Assembly (NCBI RefSeq): GCF_006345805.1
Contig: NW_021829924.1
Coordinates: 1 to 35,009, forward strand
DNA: 35,009 bases
Reading direction: 5' to 3'
Origin: Octopus sinensis
Taxonomy: Eukaryota
Shown here piece after piece: positions 1 to 11,080 of this stretch. Positions within the stretch are counted from its first letter, which is position 1, and each line of letters opens with the position of its first letter. The notes under the pieces are model-generated. The model was not told the DNA's origin. It ran no database searches and was given only the letters and a program-made list of their open reading frames with translations. The translations under genes were made by a program, and so were the position numbers.

Positions 1-99
1 TCAACCCTATTATCAACCCTATTATCTCCCCTTATTTCGCTCTCGCGTCTCATGTTTGATCTTTGACCTCTGGCTGAAATCAGATCGCCATGTTGATTG

Positions 100-290
100 T
101 TAGTTATGCACGCATTTTTTTCTCTCCTTCTTTCTGTGTTTTTTTTCTCTCTGTGTATCTTTCGGTTGAAGAGCGTAGGCTCGAAACGTTAAAGACTTGT
201 TTTATTTATATTTCCTGAGCGCCATACTAATACAATTGTTTGTTTGTTTCCCACCTGCCTTCGTCTTTTGTCTATTTTCATAAGCTTCCT

Positions 291-293
<3 letters not shown>
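100..293 (+). repeat. Short dispersed repeat (core gaagagcgtaggctcgaaacgttaaagac) ending at (TA)n
   Basis: Reverse-complement copies at about 3440-3585 and 21709-21830, and a more distant relative at about 25040-25250. Confidence 0.7.
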
Positions 294-340
<47 letters not shown>

Positions 341-374
341 TAATATATATACACATATATACACACACACACCA

Positions 375-550
375 CCTCCTGCTGTGTGAGGTTCCAGCTG
401 AACCTACAGCACAGCAAGAAACTCAAAAGAGGCTAGCTACATTGATCTTCCTCCTTCACTGATAGCCAATCACATAAGAATGGTCATTGAAAAGGTGAAA
501 ACAATGGTGGTGCTCCTGCATAACCATAGCCTTTGTGCTGAAATACGTAA
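375..550 (+). mobile_element. Diverged 3' end fragment of a CR1-group LINE
   Basis: EVPAEPTAQQETQKR resembles GVPDEPTSRQETRMR at 7348-7400, and the tail ggtggtgctcc..ca...gcctt is similar. Confidence 0.55.
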
Positions 551-719
551 TAGAATAAAAGAGTAGGAACACTTTCAAATGAGATGAGAGGATTTTGTAT
601 GACAGAATGAGGAAAGATTTTAAATGGGGTTCATTATTAAAATGAGATTAAACAGAAAGTGAAACCTCCATGATTGTTAATGGCCAACATAATTATTGTG
701 TTATGCTTTTTCTGTCCAG

Positions 720-778
720 GATCACAGCTAAAAATATTGCAAACAGAAAGACCGAAAGGATTAATATCAATGTACCAA
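720..778 (+). CDS. GCLC: GCLC-like exon A (ITAKNIANRKTERININVP)
   Basis: Acceptor ttttctgtccag, donor gtaagt. Matches the GCLC segment TLTRNIRHRRGEKVVINVP and joins in phase to exon B. Confidence 0.85.
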
Positions 779-861
779 GTAAGTTTACTGAACATATATC
801 TAATTACCATTTTAATAAATGAAAAAAACAAATTGTATACAATTATACAAGCTTGAATATG

Positions 862-1030
862 TGCAGGCATGGCTGTGTTGTTTAGAAGCTAATTTTCCAA
901 TCATAAGATTTGGTGCTCAATCCCACTGCACAGCACTTTCGGCAAATGTCTTCTACCATAATCCTGAGCTGACTAAAGCCTTGTGAGTGGATTTTGTGGA
1001 TGGAAACTGAAAAAATCTCGTCATATATAT
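862..1030 (+). mobile_element. tRNA-derived SINE head
   Basis: A-box-like tggctgtgttg and a degenerate B-box, then aaatgtcttctac...aaagccttgtgagtggattt...ggaaactgaaa. Homologous to copies at 1236-1315, 25258-25340 and 27259-27580. Confidence 0.75.
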
Positions 1031-1046
1031 TCTTCAATTCTTCTAC

Positions 1047-1315
1047 ATGTTTCAGTCAGTTGACTGGCCATGCTGGAGCACTGCTTTAAAGGGTTTATTC
1101 TTTTCTAAACCTAGTATTTACTCTATTGGTCACTTTTGCTGAACTGCTAGGTAACAGGGACATAATTACACCAGCAGTGGTTGTCAAGCAATGGTAGGGG
1201 GGAAAACATGGAGACACATACATAAATATATACATGATGGGCTTCTTTCAGTTTCCCTCTACCAAATACACTCACAAGGCTTTCGTAAGCCCAAGGTTAT
1301 AGTAGAAGACACTTG
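1047..1315 (-). mobile_element. SINE (tail + microsatellite linker + partial head), inverted relative to 862-1030
   Basis: Tail tgtttcagtc...gccatgctggagcac matches 26990-27170. 1236-1315 is the reverse complement of 943-1022. Confidence 0.75.
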
Positions 1316-1520
1316 TGTTCTTGAGCATGTCATTTTATTTCACATTGCTCTCGTCCACTCAAGTGGCAAAAAGGAATACAACCCGCATTTCAAAGGGCCG
1401 TCTTTGCTACATTCTGTGTCATGCTGAATCTCCCTGAGAACTATGTTGAGGGTACACATACTTGTGGAGTGGTCAATCACTTGCAGTTAATTTATGTTGA
1501 ACAGATCAATTGGTACACTT
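1316..1520 (+). mobile_element. Second SINE-like repeat family
   Basis: Reverse-complement homolog at 21228-21450 (ttgagca...ttttatttca..ttgct; attctgtgtca...tctccctgagaacta). Confidence 0.65.
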
Positions 1521-1560
1521 TTCTTTGTAATTGGTGGAGAGTGCCAGATGCGTATGTGCA

Positions 1561-1592
<32 letters not shown>

Positions 1593-2121
1593 TTTGAGTG
1601 TATGGACCTATGTCTTGACTTCACATGATGAGGAGGATGAGGATATGAGAATGTGAGTGTATGTGTGCATGCATTTATGTATGTATGTATGTATGTATGA
1701 ATGAATGTATGTATGTATGAAAGTATGTATGTATGTATGAATGAATGTATGTATGTATGCATGTATGAATGTACATATCGTATGTGTTTATGTATGTATA
1801 TTGGTTTATTTTTGTCAAGGTGCAAACCAAAGTAAAGAAAGATAATATTTCTGTCAGAAAACATCCAAAGCAGCAATTTTAGAACAAAATTACTTTGCAG
1901 AATTTACTCTGCAACAATTTCTACAGACAATCCTTCTTGTGCAGTCACATTTGCTGTTAGAGACACAGTAAATCAGCAAAGCAGTGATTGATTCATTGGA
2001 AAACTAAAAATCAATTGCATTATTATCTTCAATATAGATATTAAAATAAAAAAAAAATTGTTAATGAAATGAATTTCTTTCTTATAAGAAAATTGGTAGG
2101 AATTGGGGCATAGTGCTGAAT

Positions 2122-2384
2122 AATTTAAGCCTATATTTTACTGATCAGCGAAGCAATTTAAGCTTAATTTTACTAGTTAATAAAGTGATTTGAGCTAGGT
2201 TTTATTGGTTAATGAATTATTTTGAGCCTGGTTTTAGTGATTAATAAAGTAATTTGAGTCTAATTTTATTGGTTAACGGAAAAAATCGAGGCATGTTTTA
2301 CTGGTTAAGGAAATGATCCGAGTCTAGCTTTATTCATTAAAGAAGTAATTTGAGCCTGGTTTTATTGGTAAATCAAGTGATTTG
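2122..2384. repeat. Minisatellite, about 8 copies of a 32 bp unit (atttgagcctggttttattggttaataaagta)
   Basis: Unit starts recur at about 2123, 2156, 2188 and 2220 with 31-33 bp spacing. Confidence 0.85.
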
Positions 2385-2447
2385 TTTGTGATTTCAATGA
2401 TTACCAAAAAACTGATTTTGTCTCAAACATAAAACTTTTTGTTTCAG

Positions 2448-2665
2448 TTTATAAAGATAAAAATACCATGATGCCATATGGAGAAGATTTCTCTGAATAT
2501 GAAGACAATAAAGTGATGAAGAAACATTTGAAACCAGGACACATTTACATGGACTCGCCAACATTCGGAGTAGGATGTTGTGCTTTACAAGTAACATTTC
2601 AAGCTGCTGATATAAAAGAAGCTACTTATCTCTATGACAGTTTGATACCTCTTACTCCAATTATG
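2448..2665 (+). CDS. GCLC: GCLC-like exon B (IYKDKNT...HIYMDSPTFGVGCCALQVTFQAADIKEATYLYDSLIPLTPIM)
   Basis: Acceptor tttgtttcag, donor gtacgt. Overlaps ORF 2468..2809 and carries the HIYMD..G.G...LQVTFQ signature. Confidence 0.95.
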
Positions 2666-2789
2666 GTACGTATTGTTTTAATGTTTGTTAAGTTATCAAC
2701 AGAGATTATATTGTCAATCAAAATTAACCATTCTCACACCAACCCACCTAAAACGAAAACCATAACCCACACCACCCAATATTTTAAGC

Positions 2790-3392
2790 ATCTCAGCACT
2801 GATTCCTGATGGACCAGGCACTTTAAGTCTTCATATCCTTAATTGCTCTATCTACCAAGGTACTGTCAATTTGGGTAGCTGGTCATTCAATTGTGTTAAC
2901 ATTTGGCAGATTATCCTCCTCCCATTCATTCTCCACATTCAGCAGTCTTTCATAATGGCATTTCCAAGCCTATTTCTTTGCAGACTCATTAAATGCTACT
3001 GCACCGTCATCCATGCGGACACATGTCTCTCTTATGGCATCGTTATTTTCTCTCACACACTGTCTTGCAGTCCAAAATACTTCAGTTCTTTGGTCTTCAT
3101 GTCATTAAACATAGGAAAACTTCTTCTCTGCTTCTCCCTTGGTTAAATATACCTGTCTCCTAGCTCCTCTTCTGGCTATCTGATACAGTTCCCAGCTACT
3201 CCAACTCTTCCAGTCCGTCCAGGCCCATTTCTTTGCTCTAGTAGCTCTGTCTACCACATCATTTCACCACCACATTACCCTAGATCTTTTTGGAACTTCA
3301 CATCACACACAGATTTGGTCTGTGGCACTAAGCAAGCTGTCCCTCAGGAATTCCCAGCTCTCTATGTCACAAGTTTGTAGTTCCTCCTCCCC

Positions 3393-3395
<3 letters not shown>
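2790..3395 (-). mobile_element. RTE-clade LINE internal fragment (linker between endonuclease and RT)
   Basis: Interrupted minus-strand translation WEFLRDSLLSATDQIC..WW*NDVVDRA..AWKCHYERLLNVENEW..AIKDMK. Confidence 0.7.
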
Positions 3396-3439
<44 letters not shown>

Positions 3440-3443
<4 letters not shown>

Positions 3444-3585
3444 AGAATTCACCAAAAAAAAGAAAAATTGAAAGCAGGTGGTGTAGACAACAAACAGATG
3501 TATTAGTATAACACTCATGAAGTGAAAAAGTCTTTAACATTCGAGCCTACACTCTTCGAAAGAAACAAGGAGAGAAAATAAAAAA
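3440..3585 (-). repeat. Copy of the 100-293 repeat
   Basis: gtctttaacattcgagcctacactcttc is the reverse complement of the core, and flanking sequence also aligns. Confidence 0.7.
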
Positions 3586-3768
3586 ATATATATGTGTGTG
3601 TATGTATATATATATATATATATAGATATATATATACACATACATAAATGCATATATCTATCTATCTATCTATATATATATACATACATAAATATACATA
3701 CATATATCTATCTATGTATCTATATATATATATACATACATACATAAATATACATATATATATATATC

Positions 3769-3815
<47 letters not shown>

Positions 3816-3838
3816 CATACATAAATATACATACATAC

Positions 3839-3869
<31 letters not shown>

Positions 3870-3985
3870 TATATATATATATACATAAATATACATACAT
3901 ACATCTATCTATCTATATATATAATATATATACATACATAAATATACATATATATATATATATATATATACTATATATATATATA
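3586..3985. repeat. Compound (TA)n/(TACA)n/(TATC)n microsatellite
   Basis: Direct reading. A further (TA)n block at 4191-4410 lies on the other side of the hammerhead cassette. Confidence 0.95.
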
Positions 3986-4015
3986 CGCGAGAAAGAAGCA
4001 ACAAGAATGGATAGG

Positions 4016-4107
4016 TTTTTAGTACGATCGTTTCATACAAGGACAGGTTTTATTAAAAGTTGCAAAGATTACAGCATATAAACGAGTCCCGTACTCATCA
4101 GCTAAAA
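4016..4107 (-). ncRNA. Type I hammerhead ribozyme motif
   Basis: Minus strand reads ttttag-CTGATGA-gtacgggac-(41 nt loop)-gtccttgtat-GAAA-cgatc-GTA-ctaaaa. It has a 6 bp stem I, a 9 bp stem II with one bulge, a palindromic stem III (ACGATCGT) and a GUA cleavage triplet. Confidence 0.8.
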
Positions 4108-4221
4108 TACATGTAAGTTCTCTAGACATCCTAGTGTTTGAGGCTATACTCATGAAGTAATGTAGATAATTAAACAGATTTCTAAAGTTCACATATATAT
4201 ATACATATATATATACATATA

Positions 4222-4312
<91 letters not shown>

Positions 4313-4317
4313 CTATA

Positions 4318-4373
<56 letters not shown>

Positions 4374-4849
4374 ATATAATATATATATATATAATATATA
4401 TATATATACACATATTCTGTTGTGTCTGGGGAGTGTCATTTTCTTTTTGTGCCTTATAATTAACATCCTCACAGGTAAAATTTCCACTTATTTCTTAATT
4501 TTATTTTTGTAAAATGTTCGTTGCGTCTTGCAACCTTTTCACTAGTCTTGAATCTGTCTATTATTTACACTGTGTTTGTCTTTGTTTGTTTGTGCGCATG
4601 CGTGTGTGTGTGCCTATGCATGCATGTATGTATGTATGTATGTATGTGTGTGTGTGCATTTCTATTTATGTATTCTGCATATTCATGTGCTTGCATGTCC
4701 GAGTTTGTGTATTTTCTATGTATGTGTGTGTGTGAGTGTATGTTTGTATATGTATGCACATCTGTCTCCTTGTGTGTACTTGTCTGTGTGTGTGTATGTT
4801 ATTTCATGTAATGTTGTCTTTGATTTGATGCATTTTATATATTTTCCAG

Positions 4850-4966
4850 TTGGCACTGACTGCTGCTGCTCCTATATATCGAGGATTTTTATCTGATACT
4901 GACTGTCGGTGGTGTTCCCTTTCTCAATCTTGTGATGATCGTACCATGCAAGAACAGGGTTTAGAA
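4850..4966 (+). CDS. GCLC: GCLC-like exon C (LALTAAAPIYRGFLSDTDCRWCSLSQSCDDRTMQEQGLE)
   Basis: Acceptor attttccag, donor gtgagt, 117 nt, phase 0/0. DCRW and DDRT motifs. Confidence 0.95.
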
Positions 4967-5002
4967 GTGAGTAAAAGGACTGTATGTAAATATACTTTTT
5001 GA

Positions 5003-5095
5003 CTTAATCCCTTCACTTCCTATGGAACACAGACCATCAACGACTATCTTTCCATTGTTCTCGATTTGAGGGTATGTTTTCGGCTATGTTTCCGG
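5003..5095 (-). mobile_element. Probable short 3' end of an RTE LINE
   Basis: Minus strand reads NREQWK..VDGLCSIGSEGIK, like RTE ORF C-termini. Confidence 0.4.
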
Positions 5096-5117
5096 CTTCT
5101 TATCATTCAGCTCTTTC

Positions 5118-5807
5118 TTAATCCTTTAACATTTAATCCGGATATATACATCCCAAATATACTACCTATTTTATGCCAAAACTAACCAGATATGACCCTA
5201 CAATGTCATTCTAAAAATAAAGAATGACATCTTTGAAATCCCTAAGCTGTCAGATAATGCATGATTAATTCAAAAAATGTGAATAAATCACTTTTACAAT
5301 TGACAGAATAATCTGAATATTGAGGGTTTAACCCCGTGATGCTGGTATTACCTGAAGCATGTGAGATACTGCTCCTGTATTTTTATCTAATGAGGCCACA
5401 CAAGCACAGAAGTGCCAATGAGCTCGTGTCTATTTATGTTCACCGTTACAATAACATTGACTCGTACATTTATATCTACTTGTTTATGAAAACAAAGCTA
5501 TTTATCATAATATGATAAGCACAAGTTATTCTGCTTAAGTTTAAAAAATAGCTTGCGTGTGGTACAACTCAAAATATGGCTAGTTTCATTACTTGAACGT
5601 AACCTGAAATAGCTAAGATAATGCACAGGACGGCGAGCGTGTACACTTAAAGAGATGAAGTACACAATAGCGAATGTAAACATACGTCAGCCACTAAAAA
5701 GTCCGTGATAGATGTAGGGCAGCTCTACATTGTATATTTACATTCACCGTGGGTAGGCAAGCAAAAGTGTGATCGCATATTTGCGTCAACTGTTGTAGAG
5801 GGGTTAA
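5118..5807. mobile_element. Two adjacent TTAA-bounded non-autonomous (piggyBac-type) elements, 5122-5327 and 5332-5803
   Basis: TTAA at 5118-5121, 5328-5331 and 5804-5807. Termini are tcctttaacatt / aatattgaggg and cccc / gggg. Confidence 0.55.
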
Positions 5808-6641
5808 GGCTTGGGTCAAGTACCAACATGTAATGAAGGATGTTGCTTTCTAGCTATTTTTAGAGTAACCTCTCTTCCATCATACTTGTGGGTTCCAGAT
5901 GGCCATCCCCAATTGCAAATGCCTTCTCTTCCCTGGTCTTGTTTGTTTTATATTGTCATCCATGCTTCTATAACTTTACTTTTGCTTTATTTTATGCAAA
6001 CCAACTTTTACCTCCATGAGTTAGTAGTCCATATTAGTTCAGCCTCTATCCTGTGTACCCAGAAAATAATTATGTTTAAAAGCTTCCTTCACTGGCAAAA
6101 AAACCAAATTGCAGGAGTAAAATTTCCCACTTGTGCCAACATGAGAAAAGATACATGACTGCTTATCTATGGGGTCCACTATGATTATAGACCCACCATC
6201 TGTCTTTCCCTAATTAGAAATTGAGAACCCAATAAAATTTTGACCAACCCATACAAATACACATAGATATATGCACTCACACATGAGATTAAACAGTTGG
6301 ACACCCACCAAATCCTTCCCAAAAAACCTTATACACATTTCAAACATGCACACATATCTATGCATCACATTTTGTTAGCATCACAACTTACTAAGGTTTT
6401 GGGAGGGGAAGGCACATAACTCTTGATGAATCCCATCCTTCTCTTAAATGTCCTTCATGACTTCATTTCATCTTTCTCTCAACACCCAAAAACTAGATGT
6501 GACACTTCATCACCTCCTTTTCTGATACTTGGTATCTGTGATGAGCACAGTTATTAAATAACCTCCTGATTATCTAATATTCAGAGTAAAAATGAATGTT
6601 GAGATCTACTATAATGGGTTTATAACACTACACACACACAC

Positions 6642-6680
<39 letters not shown>

Positions 6681-6912
6681 AGAAGAAAATGCACTAATCC
6701 TTTTGCATTGAAGTTAACTAATTTTAAATATATTATAATAGTCAAATTATTTCAAAATATATTATTGCATCTTCCAAAATATCATGCCACACCTAAAGTA
6801 CATTGCTACAATTAAATCATTTCAGTATTAAATGACGTTAGTTAATGAATAAATATTATAAAATTAATTGCTTTGTTGTTTCATTTATTCTATTCTATCT
6901 TCTCTTTTTCAG

Positions 6913-7051
6913 CCTTTGACAAATGGTAACATTTTGGTGAAGAAAACTCGTTTTGATTCAGTAGGTAGTTACCTTTCCATGAGCGACCAATTTTATAATG
7001 ATTATGATTACAGTTATGATGCTGAACAGTATGAATTACTAAAAGCAGAAG
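6913..7051 (+). CDS. GCLC: GCLC-like exon D (PLTNGNILVKKTRFDSVGSYLS...YELLKAEG)
   Basis: Acceptor tctttttcag, donor gtattt, 139 nt. Aligns with the KSRYDSIDSYLS...YND region. Confidence 0.93.
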
Positions 7052-7320
7052 GTATTTAGAAATTCTCTAAAAACATATAAAAATAAGTTTTGAATTATAT
7101 TTTGAGAAAAAAAAATTGACATTGACCGTTGACAGAATTAATTATCTCTTGTCTTAATTTCACTTAATTTTTTATTACTTAGTTCCAAATTTTTGTCCAT
7201 TTGTCTGTCTGTCTGCCTGCCTGCATACATGCATGCTTACCTACCTATCAATCTACCAATCTATCACTATTTATCAATTATTTATTGTCTTTCCCTTTTC
7301 TCTATCTTTATATAATATAT

Positions 7321-7531
7321 AAAACTAAACTGGATCTCTTCTTGTTGGGAGTCCCAGATGAACCTACCTCACGACAGGAGACACGGATGCGGGCAGCAGC
7401 ATCGAACTCCCTTGTTGATCAAGTGCCACGTATCAGAGGTGGATTCACAAACTAGTGTAGCTCATTCAGCGGTGGTGCCCCAGCATGGCCGCGGCCTTCG
7501 GGCTAAAACATTTTTAAGGATTTTAAGGATT

Positions 7532-7532
<1 letters not shown>
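7321..7532 (+). mobile_element. 3' end of a CR1-group LINE with a (tttaaggat)n tail
   Basis: KTKLDLFLLGVPDEPTSRQETRMRAAASNSLVDQ, then a short UTR and a tandem tail. Homologous to 8555-8830. Confidence 0.75.
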
Positions 7533-7562
<30 letters not shown>

Positions 7563-8554
7563 ACATGTATATATATCTATCTATATATATATAATAGAAA
7601 TATTAAAATTACTAAGTCTCTATAAAAGAGATTACTGCAGCGTTACTGGAAATTAATTGTTATCGCCATATTAATATGGCATTCTTATAGATATAAGAAT
7701 AAACGCTGCCGCTGATTAGCTCCATGAGGCCATCGCCTTAAGATAGCTATTGATACACAATCTGTATCCATTATAACCTTCGAACAAGGGAGGTCAGCCG
7801 TTTCACACTGCCAGTCCGACAGCTACAGGCGCGTTTCAGGCTACAATCCAGCCTACCTCTACTTCTGGAGGGGGGGGGGCATTAAAAAGTTTTTAATGCG
7901 ACGTCCTACGTTACAGATATAAAGGTAAAATTAAATTATTTCCACTTTGCAAGTTCAAGTTGAGTACTCCCTTGCACACTCCGTTGACTCAAACCTTGCT
8001 TCTATTGTGGTGAATTTACCACCTCTGATTAGATATCCATGTGTTCAAATCTTCTTTTTTCTCAACATTGTATACTTTATAGACAATAGTCTTCCCTTTA
8101 ATTTAATTTTTTATTATCCATCTGGACTATTCCATTTCTGCACACTAATTTCATTTTTAATTTATTCCCATTCATGTGAAACCACTTATTCAAGTTCAAG
8201 TCATTGATGTTATGTTACGATTATATTATACTTTAGTTTGATTTTAATTATTACTTACTTCATATATTTCAATAATTATTATTATTTTTATTGTTAAAGT
8301 AAAAGTATCTGACATAAAATAGAAAAATGTTTTTGTTTCCCTTTTAACACGTAATACTGAAATAGTGGAGACGATATGATATTGCTATGGGCTCGCTCTA
8401 GGCAAGAAGTTGAACATTTTTTTTGCCCATGAAACTACATGGACCCTAAGTAAGGCATGTGTAAAATTAGAATGAAATTTGTTGTGTAGTTCTCAAGTTT
8501 TAGGGAAACACACAGACAGACATACAGACAGACACACATTTGAAGTTTTATATG

Positions 8555-8830
8555 TGAGGTAGGTTGATCTGGGACTCTCGACAGGCAGATGTCCAGCTTT
8601 GATTTAAAAACCGCTACATCTACTTTGTGCAAGTTCCTCAGACTCTTTGGGAGAATAATAAAAAGCTGTGAGCCCTTGAAACCCAGGCTGTTGCAGAAGC
8701 TGGTCCTGAAGCGTGATCGCATTGCTGGGATCTTTGGCACTGTGCAGTGTCGTCCCATTCTAGCATTGGTGTAGCTTACAATGCCAAAATTTGGCACAAT
8801 TCCTTCCAGGATCTTCCAGATATATATTAC
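8555..8830 (-). mobile_element. CR1-group LINE ORF2 C-terminal fragment
   Basis: YIWKILEGIVPNFGI..GSQLFIILPKSLRN..FKSKLDICLSRVPDQP (ORF 8435..8797). Confidence 0.75.
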
Positions 8831-8834
8831 GAGG

Positions 8835-11080
8835 CTCTAGCACATGGAAAAGGAAGTGACACAGAAATGTGCAACCTTTATTCAGTATTGCTTTTTCAGA
8901 GTTTTCTAGATGTCATCTAATTACATTAATTAGAGACTCAAAGTTAATACCACCTGGTTTGAATATAATGACACCAGTGAATTCATATAAAGCTAGAAGA
9001 GTAGTGGAAAGGGCAGGACAAGCTGTTGTCCGTGAGAGGATCCATTACAACCGTTGCAAAAAACAACTAAATAACGAAATCAAGGAGAAGTTATCTTCAT
9101 TACTTAGGAAATTAACCAGAGATGATGATAGAAAGAGAATCCAATAAGATCTAGAAAAGCCATACATGAAAGAATTTGAAATGGTGAACATACGTCAGAT
9201 TACGAATTTTATGAAACTCAAAGGTCAGAGAATGAAGACTGAAGTCCGTCACCCGCCTGTGAAAGCAGTACTTAATGTAAAAAGCCGACATCTAGAAAGC
9301 TATGAAGAAGTAGTACTGAACAAAGGTCTCAACTTTGCGGCAACTATCAAGCACATTCCATAATTGGACATAATAACCCCTATTCAAGAGATAGCTATAA
9401 AGATACCAAAAGCTCAGGGAGATGAACTACAGTGGAAAGTGAGACAGGTACTAGAAAAAGCAAGACTTTCCAAACCAAACATCACTAAGGAAGAAAAGAC
9501 TATAGAGTGAGAATTCCATCATAATACTTCCAATAGACAAGGGAAATACTACAGTGGTGATGAACAAGTCTGACTACTCTGAAAAATTGGCAAGTCTTAT
9601 AAGTGATGGTAGCTACAGCAAACAAAAGAAAGACCCAACTCTGAAAACAGAGAGGAAGTTGTCATAGATCTTGATCAAGAACAAGGATCATTTTACACCA
9701 ATGAAGTACAGACAACTGACTAAACACTACAGTAATCTACCACACATGTACAGTCTCTCTAAGATTCACAAGGATGGTATTCCATTAATAACCATAGTGA
9801 GTTGTCGAGGTTCAGCATGTCATCCACTGAGCCACTTCCATGTGGATATAATCAATCCATTAGCAGGAAAGTAAACACTGTATGTGAATAATTCCACCCA
9901 CTTCAGAGAATTGACCAATGATACCCACATTGAATTCAACCAGATGGTGAGTCAAAATGTGATAAGTCTGTTAACCAAAATCCCAACTGGTGAAGCACTA
10001 TCATTGATTCAAGAAAAACTAGTGACAGAATGCACTGGTATACAAATAAGAAACTTGATGGAAATGTTGACCTTCTGTGTAGAAACTATCTACTTCAGTA
10101 TGGACACTGATATATATCGACAAGAAGAGGTTTAGCTATGGGCTCACCATTATTACTGATAATAGCTAATATATACATGGAATGCTTTGAGAATTTGGTT
10201 TTATTATCAACACCACTAAAACCAACCCTATGGTTGCGATATGTTGATGAGACCTTTCTACTTTGGCCCCACCAGGAAGATGTCCAAGTGCTGTTAGATG
10301 ATGTGAACTTAAAAAAGACATCCATACCATTCGCAATTGAAAAGTAAAAAGACAATCAGCAAGCATTTCTGGACATAGTAATAACACACACCAAGTATAG
10401 ATTCAGGACATCTGTATACCGCAAGCCAACCTTCACTGGACGATACTTAAACTTCAATTCCCACCATCCATACAGTGTAAAGAAAGGGATTGCTCAGTGC
10501 CTAAAACATTGTGCAACAAATATAAGTAGTGATTGTGATACACACCACAAAGAAATGATCAAGCTCAATAACAACCTATTAAGCAACAACTACCCAAAAA
10601 ACATTCTTTCCACTCCAATTATGAACAAACGAGAGGATGAAACAAATAAACTGTCCACACTTTTTATACCCTATGTGAAAGGCTTCTCCAAAAAGATATG
10701 TGGCCCATATGACATCAGGTCAGTATTCAAGAGTAATACAATACTTTGCAAATATCCCCTTTGAGTAAAACCACCAATAGAAGAGAATATGACCAAAGAT
10801 TGTGTGTACTCCATCCCATGCAGCTGTGGTGGTTATACAAAGGTGAAACCTGCTTAACCCTCTAAATAAGGGTAGACGAACATCACAAAGCTGTGATGTG
10901 AGGAGATATTGATAAATTGAGTATAGCTGACATTGTATGTAAAAATGGAGACCACCTCCCCCTATGGGATGAAGTTAAAATAATCGACAGAGAACACCAC
11001 CGGAAAATACAAAAACTGAAAGAAGCAGCACATATGCTAGGTCACAACAACCTCCTAAGCAAACTGAGTGCAGATATGAG
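8835..11080 (+). mobile_element. Decayed Penelope-like retroelement (RT + GIY-YIG endonuclease)
   Basis: Fragmented ORFs with VLNKGLNFA, YSLSKIHKDGIPL..IVS, AMGSPL..IIANIYME, WLRYVDETF, VYRKPTFTGRYLNFNSHHP and the GIY-YIG signature CVYSIPCSCG..YKGET...RVDEH (10800-10885). Many stops and frameshifts. Confidence 0.92.

Noticed and set aside
862-935. tRNA-like sequence (also 27340-27410 and 27510-27580)
   Set aside because: These are SINE heads without a complete cloverleaf, not tRNA genes.
4182-4896. YI/CV/HT-rich ORFs here and at 244-462, 1487-1876, 25288-25736, 26425-26643 and 32421-32699
   Set aside because: They are translations of (TA)n, (TG)n and (TATG)n microsatellites.
5811-6220. 115 aa ORF / possible LINE 5' remnant
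   Set aside because: No recognisable motif, so it could not be assigned.
7815-7865. Minus-strand aggct-loop-agcct-GAAA-cgcg hairpin resembling the 3' half of a hammerhead
   Set aside because: No CUGANGA core and no NUH triplet in the correct position.
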